A stretch of 64,000 nucleotides of DNA from positions 2,640 through 66,639 of the forward strand of contig NZ_JAAHHW010000027.1 of the NCBI RefSeq assembly GCF_010692325.1, written 5' to 3'. Shown here piece after piece: positions 11,321 to 21,680 of the stretch; the stretch's first letter is position 1, and every line of letters begins with the position of its first letter. Source of the stretch: Moorena sp. SIO3I8 (GTDB lineage: Bacteria; Cyanobacteriota; Cyanobacteriia; Cyanobacteriales; Coleofasciculaceae). A program made the position numbers and the translations under genes. The notes beneath the pieces are model-generated. The model was given only the letters and a program-made list of their open reading frames with translations, did no database searches and had not been told where the DNA came from.

Positions 11321-11770
11321 TTACTTAGCTATAACTTCCCAGCTGCCACCAGCCGCCTCGATTTTTTGGCGGGCACCACTTGTAAAGGCAGCAGCTTTGA
11401 TATTGAGTGGCACATTCAGCTCCCCATCACCGAGTAGTTTCAATGGACCATCATTGGTGGTGACCAAACCTGTCTCCAACAATGATTCCAAAGTTACCTC
11501 AGTATTGGCGGGAAGTGATGCCAACTTACCTACGTTGATTGTAGTGTAATGTTTGGGGTTAATTACCGTAAAGTGTTTTAACTTGGGAATACGGCGATAT
11601 AAGGGCATCTGACCCCCTTCAAAACCAGGTCTTGTCCCTCGACCTGAACGGGATTTTTGACCACGCATTCCAAAACCGCAGCTAGCCCCTTGACCAGCAG
11701 CAATGCCACGACCTACACGGCGTCGGCGCTTTTTGGAGCCTTGTTTGGGGACTGCATCATTTATTCTCAT
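11321..11770 (-). CDS. rplO: 50S ribosomal protein L15
   Basis: The ORF track extends to 11839. The family-typical start is [22 protein letters not shown] at 11770. Confidence 0.88.
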   Translation of the reverse strand: MRINDAVPKQGSKKRRRRVGRGIAAGQGASCGFGMRGQKSRSGRGTRPGFEGGQMPLYRRIPKLKHFTVINPKHYTTINVGKLASLPANTEVTLESLLETGLVTTNDGPLKLLGDGELNVPLNIKAAAFTSGARQKIEAAGGSWEVIAK

Positions 11771-11872
11771 CGTTTTTTGTAAGGATAAAAATGTTTTTTT
11801 TTGATTGACGGCTGACGCTAAACCGTCAACCTTGAGCATATTACTTTTATTTCTACCTACCTGGTTTTTAAT

Positions 11873-12394
11873 TTATGCATAGATTTGTTCAAGGGGAATG
11901 TCCCGTTCTTGAGCCACCTCTGAAAATGTGCGCAGGGAATCAAGAGAGTTGATTGCTGCTCTAGCATTATTGAGGGGGTTATTGGAACCAAGCTGTTTAG
12001 CTAAGACATTTTTAACTCCAGCTAACTCAAGTACTGTGCGCACAGCACCACCAGCAATCACCCCAGTTCCTGGAGCAGCAGGTCGCATGATCACTTTGGC
12101 TCCTACAGCCCTACCTCTAGATGGGTGAGGAATGGAATTAGTTTTGGTTAAGGGTACATCAATGAGTTGCTTTTTGGCATCAGCAACTCCTTTACGGACA
12201 GCACCAATTACATCACTGGCTTTGCCTACACCAACCCCCACTTGACCTTTTTCATTACCTACAACTACGATGGCGCGGAAGCTCAATTTTTTGCCCCCTT
12301 TGACCACCTTACTAACGCGGCGGATTTGGATAACCCGCTCTTGCCAATTACTTTCTTTTTCTTTAGAGCGGTTGTTTTTTCTACGATTTGCCAT
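11873..12394 (-). CDS. rpsE: 30S ribosomal protein S5
   Basis: [27 protein letters not shown] signature. Confidence 0.93.
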   Translation of the reverse strand: MANRRKNNRSKEKESNWQERVIQIRRVSKVVKGGKKLSFRAIVVVGNEKGQVGVGVGKASDVIGAVRKGVADAKKQLIDVPLTKTNSIPHPSRGRAVGAKVIMRPAAPGTGVIAGGAVRTVLELAGVKNVLAKQLGSNNPLNNARAAINSLDSLRTFSEVAQERDIPLEQIYA

Positions 12395-12509
12395 AGTTCG
12401 CTATAGATTAAATCATGAATGATAGTAAGTAATCAAAGATTAGCTAATTTATCGCTGCTAACTCTTAACTAATTGCAATTGTCAGTTCTCAATTTTTAAT
12501 TAGCATTTA

Positions 12510-12872
12510 CTAAAAATCTAGCCCTGCTTCACGAGCAGCTTCTGCTAAAGCTTTGACACGACCATGATATAGGTAGCCCCCACGGTCAAAGACCACTTTC
12601 TTGAGACCTTTTTCTAGTGCTCGCTGGGCCACCAACTGACCCACTTTAGCTGAGGCTTCACAAGTGGCTCCAGATTTGAGTTCAGATCTCAGAGCTGGTT
12701 CTAACGTTGAAGCTGCCACTATGGTATGTTGCTGATTGTCATCGATAACTTGCACATAAATGTGCTCATTAGAGCGAAATACAGCTAATCTTGGGCGTTC
12801 AGCAGTACCACTGACTTTCCGGCGTACCCGCCTATGTCTGTGTCGTATAGATTCTTTTCGAGTAAGTTTCAT
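12510..12872 (-). CDS. rplR: 50S ribosomal protein L18
   Basis: [18 protein letters not shown]...[24 protein letters not shown] signature. Confidence 0.93.
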   Translation of the reverse strand: MKLTRKESIRHRHRRVRRKVSGTAERPRLAVFRSNEHIYVQVIDDNQQHTIVAASTLEPALRSELKSGATCEASAKVGQLVAQRALEKGLKKVVFDRGGYLYHGRVKALAEAAREAGLDF

Positions 12873-12875
12873 AGT

Positions 12876-13415
12876 TTACTTCTTACCTGCTTTACCAGCT
12901 TTACGTCTGACTATTTCACCGGCATATCGAATGCCTTTACCTTTATAGACTTCTGGGGGTCGAACTGCACGAATTTTTGCAGCTGTGTTGCCTACAACTT
13001 CTTTGTTGATGCCACTGACAATCACGTTGGTGTTGTTTTCAACTTTGACTTCAATCCCCTCAGGAGGAACGATCTCCACTGGCTGGCTGTAACCAACGTT
13101 TAAAATTAGATTTCGACCTTTCACTTGAGCTCGATAACCGACTCCCTGAATATCCAAACGTTTTTCAAAGCCTTTGGAGACTCCCTCAATCATGTTGGCA
13201 ACCAAAGTGCGAGACAAACCATGACTTTCACGGGCGGTTCGGGTTTCTTCGCGCCGGGAAACCTGTACAGTTTCATCGACTTGCTCAGCTTTAATTGTAT
13301 CTGGCAAAACCCACTCCAGTTCACCTTTGGAACCTTTGACCTTAACCTGTTGACCGTCTATTGTTACAGTAACTTTACTGGGAATTGGTATAGGGCGCTT
13401 GCCAATACGTGACAT
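12876..13415 (-). CDS. rplF: 50S ribosomal protein L6
   Basis: [17 protein letters not shown]...[10 protein letters not shown] signature. Confidence 0.93.
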   Translation of the reverse strand: MSRIGKRPIPIPSKVTVTIDGQQVKVKGSKGELEWVLPDTIKAEQVDETVQVSRREETRTARESHGLSRTLVANMIEGVSKGFEKRLDIQGVGYRAQVKGRNLILNVGYSQPVEIVPPEGIEVKVENNTNVIVSGINKEVVGNTAAKIRAVRPPEVYKGKGIRYAGEIVRRKAGKAGKK

Positions 13416-13435
13416 AAAATAATCCTCCTAACTAA

Positions 13436-13483
13436 AGAAGTATGAACTATGAAGTATGAAGTATGAAGTATGAAGTATGAACC
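13436..13483. repeat. STRR heptamer tandem repeat (gaagtat/tatgaag x ~6)
   Basis: Direct tandem heptamers read in the rplF-rpsH spacer. Confidence 0.8.
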
Positions 13484-13680
13484 ATGTCATGAATTGGTTA
13501 ATCAGCTAATCCGATCAATCCTAGGTTGTTATCGAACCGTTGGGCATATACTGATCTGGCTGCTCGAACTGATGCTCTAAGCTACAGGGGCTTTCAGCTG
13601 ATACCTGGCAAGCCTAGATTTTTAAGTAGCGCGTCAGCTGACGGCTCTTAGTATATCCTTCATCCTTCATGCTTCATCGT

Positions 13681-14082
13681 TTACCATACGTAACACAGAA
13701 CTTCACCACCAATTCCCCGACGCCTTGCTTCCCTGTCGGTCATGATGCCATTAGAAGTAGAGATAATAGCAATCCCAATCCCTCCCAAGACTCTTGGCAG
13801 TTCTTTACGGTTGGAGTAAACTCGCAATCCCGGTTTACTCACCCGCTTCAGGGCTCTGATAATTGGTTTGCGATTGTTGCCCTTGTATTTTAGGGAAACA
13901 ACTAAGTATCTTTTGACCCCTTCGCCTGCTTCCTCAAAATCAGTAATAAAGCCTTCTTCTTTGAGTACTTGGGCAATCGCCCGGGTCATTTTAGTTGATT
14001 GTACATTTGTTGTTTGATGCCGAACCAAGCAGGCATTTCTAATGCGGGTCAGCATATCTGCAATTGTGTCGTTTGCCGGCAT
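13681..14082 (-). CDS. rpsH: 30S ribosomal protein S8
   Basis: [13 protein letters not shown]...GGEVLCYVW signature. Confidence 0.93.
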   Translation of the reverse strand: MPANDTIADMLTRIRNACLVRHQTTNVQSTKMTRAIAQVLKEEGFITDFEEAGEGVKRYLVVSLKYKGNNRKPIIRALKRVSKPGLRVYSNRKELPRVLGGIGIAIISTSNGIMTDREARRRGIGGEVLCYVW

Positions 14083-14105
14083 TGTTCCTTCCTATGATTA
14101 CAGGC

Positions 14106-14651
14106 TTATTTCTCCCGGAAAGGCATTCCCATCTCTTTGAGTAAGGCGCGACCTTCTTCGTCAGTGTTGGCAGTGGTGACTATGGTAATATCCATACCAC
14201 GAATCTGATCGATGCTGTCGTAGTCTACTTCTGGAAAAATGAGTTGCTCTCGCACCCCAAGAGTGTAGTTACCACGACCGTCAAAGCTTCTAGGGCTAAG
14301 ACCCCGAAAGTCCCGAATTCTTGGTAGGGCTAAGTTAATTAGCCGCTCTAGAAAGGAGTACATACGCTCTGAACGGAGGGTAACCGTGACACCAACAGGC
14401 ATCCCAGCACGGATTTTAAAACCCGCGATCGCTTGTTTTGCTCGTGTGACCACCGGTTTTTGACCGGTGATGATCGCAATTTCGCTTACCGACGATTCCA
14501 GAGCCTTGGCATTTTGAGATGCCTCTCCTAATCCTCGGTTAAGACTAACTTTGACTAATTTCGGTACTTGATGAATGTTTTTGTAACCGAATTGCTCTTT
14601 TAATTTGGGGACTATTGTTTCCTGGTATAGGATTTTTAACCCTTTTGTCAT
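14106..14651 (-). CDS. rplE: 50S ribosomal protein L5
   Basis: [12 protein letters not shown]...[11 protein letters not shown] signature. Confidence 0.93.
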   Translation of the reverse strand: MTKGLKILYQETIVPKLKEQFGYKNIHQVPKLVKVSLNRGLGEASQNAKALESSVSEIAIITGQKPVVTRAKQAIAGFKIRAGMPVGVTVTLRSERMYSFLERLINLALPRIRDFRGLSPRSFDGRGNYTLGVREQLIFPEVDYDSIDQIRGMDITIVTTANTDEEGRALLKEMGMPFREK

Positions 14652-14803
14652 AGTTTTTTTCCTTTGATTTCCCTGGGCTTGGTCAGGGCAATTGTCATTA
14701 GTTATTAGTCATTGGTGCTCATTAGCCATTAGTAACTGCCAAGAGTAATTTTTTTGTTACTTTTTTGATTACTGAGGACTAAGGATTAAGGACTAGGGAC
14801 TAA

Positions 14804-15166
14804 TTAGTCAATAATCTCACCAGTTTTTTTGAGCATCCGCACCTTACGACCCTCATCGGTAAAGGTATAGCAGATGCGGCTGGCAATTTTTTCTTTATTC
14901 GAGTAAAGCATAACGTTGGAGCTATGGATTGGAGCTTCAAACGTAGCAATTTGACCTTTATCACCTTCCTGTTGAGGCTTGACATGCTTAGTTTTGACGT
15001 TAACTCCTTTGACTACTACCTTGCTAATTTTGGGTAGCGTCCGCAAGATTTCTCCAATTTTGCCTTTATCTCGACCGGCAATCACTTGTACCGTGTCGCC
15101 CTTTTTAACGTGCATTTTGTAGCGTAATGGGGTATCAGTTTGTGCCTTCTTGTGTTTACTTGGCAT
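14804..15166 (-). CDS. rplX: 50S ribosomal protein L24
   Basis: [27 protein letters not shown] motif. Confidence 0.92.
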   Translation of the reverse strand: MPSKHKKAQTDTPLRYKMHVKKGDTVQVIAGRDKGKIGEILRTLPKISKVVVKGVNVKTKHVKPQQEGDKGQIATFEAPIHSSNVMLYSNKEKIASRICYTFTDEGRKVRMLKKTGEIID

Positions 15167-15534
15167 CAGAGTACCTCCGGAGCAAGGGATATAATTTTTG
15201 TGAAGTTTTTCTCTCGCAGTTCCCGCGCTACAGGGCCAAAAACCCGGGTACCTCTGGGATTGCCATCTGCGTTTATGATTACTGCTGCGTTGTCATCAAA
15301 GCGAATACTCATACCGCTTTCCCGACGTAGGCCCTTGCGGGTGCGCACAATCACAGCCCTAACTACATCTGACTTTTTGACCCCCATATTTGGAATGGCA
15401 TCTTTGACCACACCAATAATTACATCACCCACACCACCGTAGCGCCGATTTCCTGCACCAATAACGCGGATGCACATTATTTTTCTGGCTCCACTGTTGT
15501 CAGCAACGTTTAGGTAGCTCTCTTGTTGAATCAT
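15166..15534 (-). CDS. rplN: 50S ribosomal protein L14
   Basis: [24 protein letters not shown] signature. Confidence 0.93.
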   Translation of the reverse strand: MIQQESYLNVADNSGARKIMCIRVIGAGNRRYGGVGDVIIGVVKDAIPNMGVKKSDVVRAVIVRTRKGLRRESGMSIRFDDNAAVIINADGNPRGTRVFGPVARELREKNFTKIISLAPEVL

Positions 15535-15685
15535 CAGTGTTCCTCCTCTAATAGAGTAATCAGTTATGAGTTAAACGAGTTATGAGTTAAACCTTGGTAA
15601 GTTTCCAATTCCTAAAGGATTTTCTTCCGAGATCTCACGCACATTTGTAGGTCGTGGAGAACCCACATCGACTAGGGTTAACTCG

Positions 15686-15934
15686 CTATTTTGAGGAACT
15701 ACTGACGATTTCAGCAACCATCCAGCGTTTGGTACGACTCAGTGGTCGTGTTTCTATAATCCGAACGCGATCGCCTTCTTTACATTTATTTTCCTCATCA
15801 TGAGCTTTGTATCGCTTGGTACGCACAACAATTTTGCCGTACTTTGGGTGGGGAGACCGATTTTCAATAGCCACCACCACAGTTTTGTCCATTTTGTCGC
15901 TGACCACCAGGCCAACTCTCTCTTTTGCTGCCAT
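15686..15934 (-). CDS. rpsQ: 30S ribosomal protein S17
   Basis: [17 protein letters not shown]...KYKAHDEEN signature. Confidence 0.92.
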   Translation of the reverse strand: MAAKERVGLVVSDKMDKTVVVAIENRSPHPKYGKIVVRTKRYKAHDEENKCKEGDRVRIIETRPLSRTKRWMVAEIVSSSSK

Positions 15935-15942
15935 AATCTTTC

Positions 15943-16224
15943 CTATTCGTCTGATTCTGATTGTGGGGTATCACTTTGTTCTGATTGTGGGGTATCACTT
16001 TGTGAGGTATCTGTTGATTCTTTCTGAGCGAGTTGGCGTTCTCGTTCTACTGTCATTAGCTGAGCGATTCGGTGCTTCAGATGCTTAAACTGGTGAGGTT
16101 TTTCTAAGCGTTTGGTTGCCTTTTGCAGGCGCAAGTCAAACAACTGACGCTTAGCTGCTAAAATTTCCTGCTCCAGTTCGGCATCGCTCAGGCTTCTAGC
16201 ATCTTCTATCTTGGGCAGAGCCAT
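15943..16224 (-). CDS. rpmC: 50S ribosomal protein L29 with an acidic Ser/Gln-rich C-terminal extension that contains a 24-nt tandem duplication
   Basis: The L29 core ([22 protein letters not shown]) is followed by ...[18 protein letters not shown], encoded by two tandem 24-nt units at 15951-15998. Confidence 0.88.
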   Translation of the reverse strand: MALPKIEDARSLSDAELEQEILAAKRQLFDLRLQKATKRLEKPHQFKHLKHRIAQLMTVERERQLAQKESTDTSQSDTPQSEQSDTPQSESDE

Positions 16225-16227
16225 AGC

Positions 16228-16647
16228 TTATACCTGTTCCCCTTCACGAGAAATGAACTTCAATTTAATCGGAAATTTGTTAGCAGCCAGACGCATGGCT
16301 TCCCGAGCCACCTCTTCGCTTACCCCAGCGATTTCATAGATAATCCGACCGGGTTTAACTACTGCTACCCAAAACTCTGGGGAACCTTTTCCAGAACCCA
16401 TACGAGTTTCTGCTGGACGCATGGTGACTGGTTTATCTGGGAAAATTCGAATCCAGATTTTGCCACCACGACGAACGTAGCGGGTCATTGCCCGACGACC
16501 TGCTTCGATTTGGCGGGAGGTAATCCAAGCTGGTTCTGTGGCTTGCAGCGCATAATCACCAAAGTTAATGGTACTGCCACGAGTGGCCATACCCTTCATT
16601 CTTCCCCGGTGCTGTTTGCGAAATTTTGTTCTTTTTGGACTTAACAT
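16228..16647 (-). CDS. rplP: 50S ribosomal protein L16
   Basis: The ORF track starts at 16692. The family-typical start is [19 protein letters not shown] at 16647. Confidence 0.9.
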   Translation of the reverse strand: MLSPKRTKFRKQHRGRMKGMATRGSTINFGDYALQATEPAWITSRQIEAGRRAMTRYVRRGGKIWIRIFPDKPVTMRPAETRMGSGKGSPEFWVAVVKPGRIIYEIAGVSEEVAREAMRLAANKFPIKLKFISREGEQV

Positions 16648-16732
16648 AATTTGTTCTTTGTTAATTGAAAATCGAAAACTGAAAACTGACAATTAACAAG
16701 CAAGCAATTTTAAAATGACTAGTTACTAATGA

Positions 16733-17458
16733 CTAGTCATTTGACCGGTCTTCAAACTGCTGGCGGCGTTTTGGCTGACGGCGACGAGGTTGAGCTGTGT
16801 TAGGGGTAGGCTTTTCTTCTTGACCGGGAATCACTTCCCCTTTGAACACCCAAACTTTAATGCCCAAAATTCCATAAATGGTTTGAGCCGTTTTGTAGGA
16901 ATAGTCAATATTTGCCCGGAGGGTATGGAGGGGAACTCGTCCTTCACGAGTCCACTCGCTTCGGGCAATTTCAGCTCCATTTAACCGACCACCTACCTGA
17001 ACTTTAATGCCTTGGACATCAGCCCGCTGAGCCCGCTGAATTGCTTGACGAACCACTCGTCTGAAGGAAACTCGGCGCTCTAGTTGTTGGGCAATGTACT
17101 CGGCAATTAGGGTAGCATCTGCATCCACCCGCGATACTTCTACAACGTTGATGCGAATTTGACGACTGTTGTGCAGGGCTTTTTGCAGACCGACACGCAA
17201 AGACTCAATACCACTGCCACCACGACCAACAACTACCCCAGGTCGAGCTGTATGAATTTCTAAATCAATCTGGTCAGCTTTGCGCTCAATCCGGATGTCA
17301 GAAATTCCAGCATTATTGAGGTTTTTCTCAACATATTGTCTGATTTGGTAGTCTTCCTGCAACAGAAGCGGATAACGCTTTGAGTCGGCAAACCAGCGAG
17401 AGCGATGCTCTTGCGTGATACCTAGCCGAAAACCAATTGGATGTATTTTCTGTCCCAC
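16733..17458 (-). CDS. rpsC: 30S ribosomal protein S3
   Basis: [15 protein letters not shown]... plus the KH domain. Confidence 0.93.
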   Translation of the reverse strand: MGQKIHPIGFRLGITQEHRSRWFADSKRYPLLLQEDYQIRQYVEKNLNNAGISDIRIERKADQIDLEIHTARPGVVVGRGGSGIESLRVGLQKALHNSRQIRINVVEVSRVDADATLIAEYIAQQLERRVSFRRVVRQAIQRAQRADVQGIKVQVGGRLNGAEIARSEWTREGRVPLHTLRANIDYSYKTAQTIYGILGIKVWVFKGEVIPGQEEKPTPNTAQPRRRQPKRRQQFEDRSND

Positions 17459-17534
17459 TGTTCTTTTCTTTCCCTATTATCGAGCCATAGCGCTATTAGT
17501 GTTTGCCCTTGGTAATTCTCAATTAACTCACTAA

Positions 17535-17894
17535 CTAATCATCTACTTCTGGAGAAACAGCCACTGTGATATGACAGGTTGGCTTGCGAATCTGATAAGC
17601 ACGACCTTGAGCCCTTGGTCGATATCGCTTCAAGCTTGGTCCCATATCCGCAAAAGCTTTAGTGATGTATAAGCTAGCCGGGTCAATACCTGAATTGTGT
17701 TCAGCATTGGCAACAGCGGAGCGTAGTACTTTCAATACTGGTTGGCAAGCCCGGTAGGGCATGAATTCCAGAATGATCAGAGCTTCCCGATAGGAACGCC
17801 CTCGAATTTGGTCAAGTACTCGCCTGACCTTACTTGGAGACATTCGAATGTAGCGTGCGATCGCTTTAGTTTCTGCTGTAGTGTCTATCGCCAT
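17535..17894 (-). CDS. rplV: 50S ribosomal protein L22
   Basis: [29 protein letters not shown] signature. Confidence 0.93.
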   Translation of the reverse strand: MAIDTTAETKAIARYIRMSPSKVRRVLDQIRGRSYREALIILEFMPYRACQPVLKVLRSAVANAEHNSGIDPASLYITKAFADMGPSLKRYRPRAQGRAYQIRKPTCHITVAVSPEVDD

Positions 17895-17944
17895 CGTTCC
17901 ATCATTTGCTTTCTTTATAGCTACTAACTACTGAACTAATCACT

Positions 17945-18220
17945 TTAACGACGGGCCTTACCATCCTTAACATGTCCCCGAAATGTTCGAGTCGGGGCAA
18001 ATTCGCCCAGCTTATGACCTACCATCTGCTCATTGATAAAAACTGGTACATGTGTCCGCCCGTTATGAACGGCAATGGTGTGACCTACCATCTGCGGCAC
18101 AATGGTTGAGGCTCTTGACCAGGTTTTAATCACCTGTTTTTGGCCTTTAGCATTCAAGGTTTCAATCTTAGTCAGAAGACTATCGGCTATAAAAGGACCT
18201 TTTTTTAATGAACGACCCAT
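17945..18220 (-). CDS. rpsS: 30S ribosomal protein S19
   Basis: [16 protein letters not shown]...[10 protein letters not shown] signature. Confidence 0.93.
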   Translation of the reverse strand: MGRSLKKGPFIADSLLTKIETLNAKGQKQVIKTWSRASTIVPQMVGHTIAVHNGRTHVPVFINEQMVGHKLGEFAPTRTFRGHVKDGKARR

Positions 18221-18331
18221 AATTCAACGCTCGTTAGTTTTTAGTTGTTAGTTGGTAGTTAATAGTTGCTAGTTTGTAGTTAGTAGTTGCTAGTTACAAC
18301 CTTTAACCTGCTAACTTTAACGTTCAACTCC

Positions 18332-19195
18332 TTAAGAATCGCGACCGCCGCGCCCTCGCTTCGAGGATTTCCGCCTACGCCGGACAATTAAAGAACTACT
18401 TTGCTTTTTGACCTTACGAGTTTTGGCTCCCAAGGCTGGTTTACCCCAGGGGGTTACTGGACCACTTCTACCAATCGGAGCTCTACCCTCACCACCGCCA
18501 TGGGGGTGATCTACCGGGTTCATTACACTGCCCCGTACTTGGGGACGACGGCCTCTATGTCGATTGCGACCAGCTTTGCCTAAACTCAAGTTTCTCGCTT
18601 CAACATTACCGACCTGTCCAATAGTGGCGTAGCATTCTTTACGCAACATCCTGACTTCACTAGAGGGCAGCTTTAGGGTGACATAGTCACCTTCTTTTGC
18701 TTGCACTTGAGCAGTTGCCCCGGCAGCACGAACAATCTGTGCTCCTCGCCCTGGGATCAGTTCAACGTTATGCACGTTTGTGCCTAAGGGAATATCCTTT
18801 AGGGGCAAGGCATTGCCTATTTCGATGGGAGAGTCAGGCCCAGATATGATGCTTGACCCCACTTCCAAACCCACAGGATGCAAGATATATCGCTTTTCCC
18901 CATCTTGATAGTAGAGGAGCGCAATCCTAGCATTCCGATTGGGGTCATACTCAATTGCTGCCACTTTTGCTGGAATATTGTGCTTATCCCGGCGGAAGTC
19001 AATTACCCTGTATAGACGCTTATGTCCGCCACCGCGATGGCGACAGGTAATAACACCGCGATTATTGCGACCTTTTTTACGATGCTTAGACTTGGTTAGG
19101 GATTTTTCTGGCTCAGTCCGAGTAATCTCAGCGAAGTCTGAGACAGTACCCTGACGAGTGCCTGGGGTATATGGTCGATAGCTACGGATGCCCAT
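18332..19195 (-). CDS. rplB: 50S ribosomal protein L2
   Basis: 287 aa; ...[22 protein letters not shown]...[13 protein letters not shown] signature. Confidence 0.94.
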   Translation of the reverse strand: MGIRSYRPYTPGTRQGTVSDFAEITRTEPEKSLTKSKHRKKGRNNRGVITCRHRGGGHKRLYRVIDFRRDKHNIPAKVAAIEYDPNRNARIALLYYQDGEKRYILHPVGLEVGSSIISGPDSPIEIGNALPLKDIPLGTNVHNVELIPGRGAQIVRAAGATAQVQAKEGDYVTLKLPSSEVRMLRKECYATIGQVGNVEARNLSLGKAGRNRHRGRRPQVRGSVMNPVDHPHGGGEGRAPIGRSGPVTPWGKPALGAKTRKVKKQSSSLIVRRRRKSSKRGRGGRDS

Positions 19196-19318
19196 AACAA
19201 GTATTTTTTAATTAGTTTGTCTTGACTAGTTTGTCTTGACTAGTTTGTCTTAACAATTGACAATCTACCAATTGGCAATTAACCAAATTAATAATTAGCA
19301 TTTAGCAATTAGCCAGTT

Positions 19319-19621
19319 TTATACGTCTGGGAATAGAGTAATGGAATCTCCTGGAGCTAGGGTAACAATCGCCCGTTTGTACTGGGGTTTGTAACCTACA
19401 AATCTTCCCACTCGACGCTTTTTACGTGGCGGACGTAGGGTATTTACTGCCACCACTTTTACTTCAAAAAGACTTTCAATCGCGGCTCTAATTTGTGGCT
19501 TTGTCGCTTTGATAATCACATCAAAGACATACTTGTTCTGCTCCATCAGTAGGGTCGCCTTCTCAGTCACAATTGGGCGAATCACCAAATCAGCAAGGTC
19601 ACGGGGGTTATACTCAGTCAT
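19319..19621 (-). CDS. rplW: 50S ribosomal protein L23
   Basis: [28 protein letters not shown] signature. Confidence 0.92.
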   Translation of the reverse strand: MTEYNPRDLADLVIRPIVTEKATLLMEQNKYVFDVIIKATKPQIRAAIESLFEVKVVAVNTLRPPRKKRRVGRFVGYKPQYKRAIVTLAPGDSITLFPDV

Positions 19622-20246
19622 TGTAAACCTCCTGAATTTTGGTAAGAGCCGTGTTAGTGGTCACGATTTTATCAGCGGCTAGGATATCATAGATATTCAA
19701 GTTGGTGGCATAAATCAACTTGACAGTTGCTAGGTTACGGACTGACAAATAAACCTTTTCTTCTGGCTGAGCTAGGATTATGAGAACTTTTGACTCAGGC
19801 TCAATTCCCCACCGACCAATTGCTGCCACCACATCCTTGGTTTTGGGTCGTGGTAGTTGCTCAACAAATTCCTCTACCACAATCAAATCCTCGGCTCGAC
19901 TCATAAACGCTGTTCTTAGAGCCAAGCGACGCTCTTTGCGGTTCATTTTCTGGCTATAGTCTCTGGGTTTCGGACCAAAGATCACACCACCACCACGCCA
20001 TAGGGGTGAACGATTCGAACCAGCACGAGCACGACCGGTTCCCTTTTGTCGCCAAGGTTTGCGTCCTCCACCTCTAACTTCGGAACGAGTTTTTGTACAA
20101 GCATTGCCTTGACGAGCATTGGCCATTTGTCTAACCAGTGACCGGTGAACAATGTGGGCAGCGTTTTCTTCTTTGGCAACTCGCATCTGGAGTGTTGCCT
20201 GCCCTACTTCTTCCCCTTGCCAGTTTCGCACTGAACAATCTACCAT
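19614..20246 (-). CDS. rplD: 50S ribosomal protein L4
   Basis: The ORF track extends to 20282. The family-typical start is [15 protein letters not shown] at 20246. The 3' end overlaps the rplW start by 8 nt. Confidence 0.9.
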   Translation of the reverse strand: MVDCSVRNWQGEEVGQATLQMRVAKEENAAHIVHRSLVRQMANARQGNACTKTRSEVRGGGRKPWRQKGTGRARAGSNRSPLWRGGGVIFGPKPRDYSQKMNRKERRLALRTAFMSRAEDLIVVEEFVEQLPRPKTKDVVAAIGRWGIEPESKVLIILAQPEEKVYLSVRNLATVKLIYATNLNIYDILAADKIVTTNTALTKIQEVYND

Positions 20247-20389
20247 TTGTTCTCTCCTTCTTAGGGACCAAGCATTTAGCAATTAGCTGTTAGCTTTTCA
20301 GCACTCAGTGCTAGTAGTAAAAATAAACAGTTACATATACATCAGGCTTACACCTAACGATGAGGGAGCTAATTGCTTTTTCGTTCTGA

Positions 20390-21046
20390 CTAACGTCCGA
20401 CTTTATTAGTTGGTGCAATGCTCAATAGTGTCCCTGGTTTACCGGGAACTGCACCTTTAATCAGTAGCAAATTGCGCTCTGCATCTATCTTGACTAACTC
20501 AAGTTTGCGAATTGTCACCTTGGTACCGCCGTAACGACCAGCCATTTTCTTACCTGGATAGGTACGACCAGGGGTTGTCCCTGCTCCAGTGGAACCTGGG
20601 AGGCGGTGGTTTTTGGAACCATGAGCCATCGGTCCTCGCCTGAAGTTGTGACGTTTCTGATAACCGGCAAACCCGCGACCAATGGTTTTACCGCTGACAT
20701 CGACAATTTGACCAATACTGAACATATCGGTATTGACTGGCTGACCCAGTTCAAACTTACTGCTATCATCCACGCGGTACTCACGTAGGTGGCGTAAGGG
20801 TGGGGCGCTGGACTTAGCCAAGTGTCCTATTTCAGGCTTAGTAATTGCCTTAGGCTTGACTTGGTCATAACCAATTTGAATGGCATTGTAGCCATCTGTC
20901 TGGTTGGTTTTTATTTGGGTCACAGTACATGGCCCTGCTTGGACGATGGTTACAGGAATCGCTCTTCCTTCATCATCGAACACTTGGGTCATACCGAGTT
21001 TGGTACCGAGGATACCGACAGACACGGGTTTCTCCTTTGTAGACAT
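20390..21046 (-). CDS. rplC: 50S ribosomal protein L3
   Basis: The ORF track extends to 21154. The conserved N-terminus [23 protein letters not shown] begins at 21046. Confidence 0.9.
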   Translation of the reverse strand: MSTKEKPVSVGILGTKLGMTQVFDDEGRAIPVTIVQAGPCTVTQIKTNQTDGYNAIQIGYDQVKPKAITKPEIGHLAKSSAPPLRHLREYRVDDSSKFELGQPVNTDMFSIGQIVDVSGKTIGRGFAGYQKRHNFRRGPMAHGSKNHRLPGSTGAGTTPGRTYPGKKMAGRYGGTKVTIRKLELVKIDAERNLLLIKGAVPGKPGTLLSIAPTNKVGR

Positions 21047-21680
21047 TGCAGCAGTCTGGCAGCAGGGATATTCACAAACCTGAATTCCCTTTGTGCCACA
21101 AACCTGGTCATTATAAACCTGGTCACTATTTATAGTGGATAAACCTCTCCTCAAAAAATAAGCAGAGAGCCCACTTTTATCTAGCTCGGCATGAGGGTCG
21201 AGCTAGATTATCCTTCAATTGCGTTTACTGGTCAGAAAAGGCTATTAAACTCGCCTGACTTCGCTGGGACTTAAGTTGCTAATAACTCAGTATCCCTTGA
21301 TCCACGAAAGTGTAAGCACTTATTGACCTAAAGCAGACCCAAGAACTGATGGGACTTGTTTATACCTAACTGTCTTTGACCTACTTTAGCCCTGATGCCA
21401 AACAAACGCCTGGTATGCTGTCTATATTATCTTGCCTCGAACCTATTTCTCAGCCCACAGCACACGCAGCTATTCAGTTGCTTAATAAGCAACTGTCATA
21501 ATGCCACTATTGTATAGTATATAGTATTTTGCTAAGGGTGTCTAGTTATTTTGAGAATTAGTTTGAAAAAAATTGCCTTCCTGTATGGATTTATCTGAAA
21601 TCGGGGGATTCGGGTCTCGAAGGATGCGTTCGCGTAGCGTAGCCCTTCGGGCTAATCGCATAGTCTCGAAATCAAATAAT

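Noticed and set aside
11928-13412. Several plus-strand ORFs (11928..12128, 12167..12406, 12760..13103, 13125..13412) across rpsE/rplR/rplF
   Set aside because: All overlap conserved ribosomal protein genes on the opposite strand; typical GC-skew shadow ORFs.
15800-16088. Plus-strand ORFs overlapping rpsQ/rpmC
   Set aside because: Antisense to conserved genes; the repetitive translation arises from the 24-nt duplication in rpmC.
20390-21154. Extended N-termini given by the ORF track for rplC, rplD, rplP, rplO and uvrB
   Set aside because: Family-conserved N-termini begin at internal Met codons (21046, 20246, 16647, 11770, 51539), so the upstream extensions are probably not translated.
2019-21154. 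Apparent loss of rpsJ, rpsN and rpmD from the ribosomal cluster
   Set aside because: This is the standard cyanobacterial organisation rather than a deletion event.
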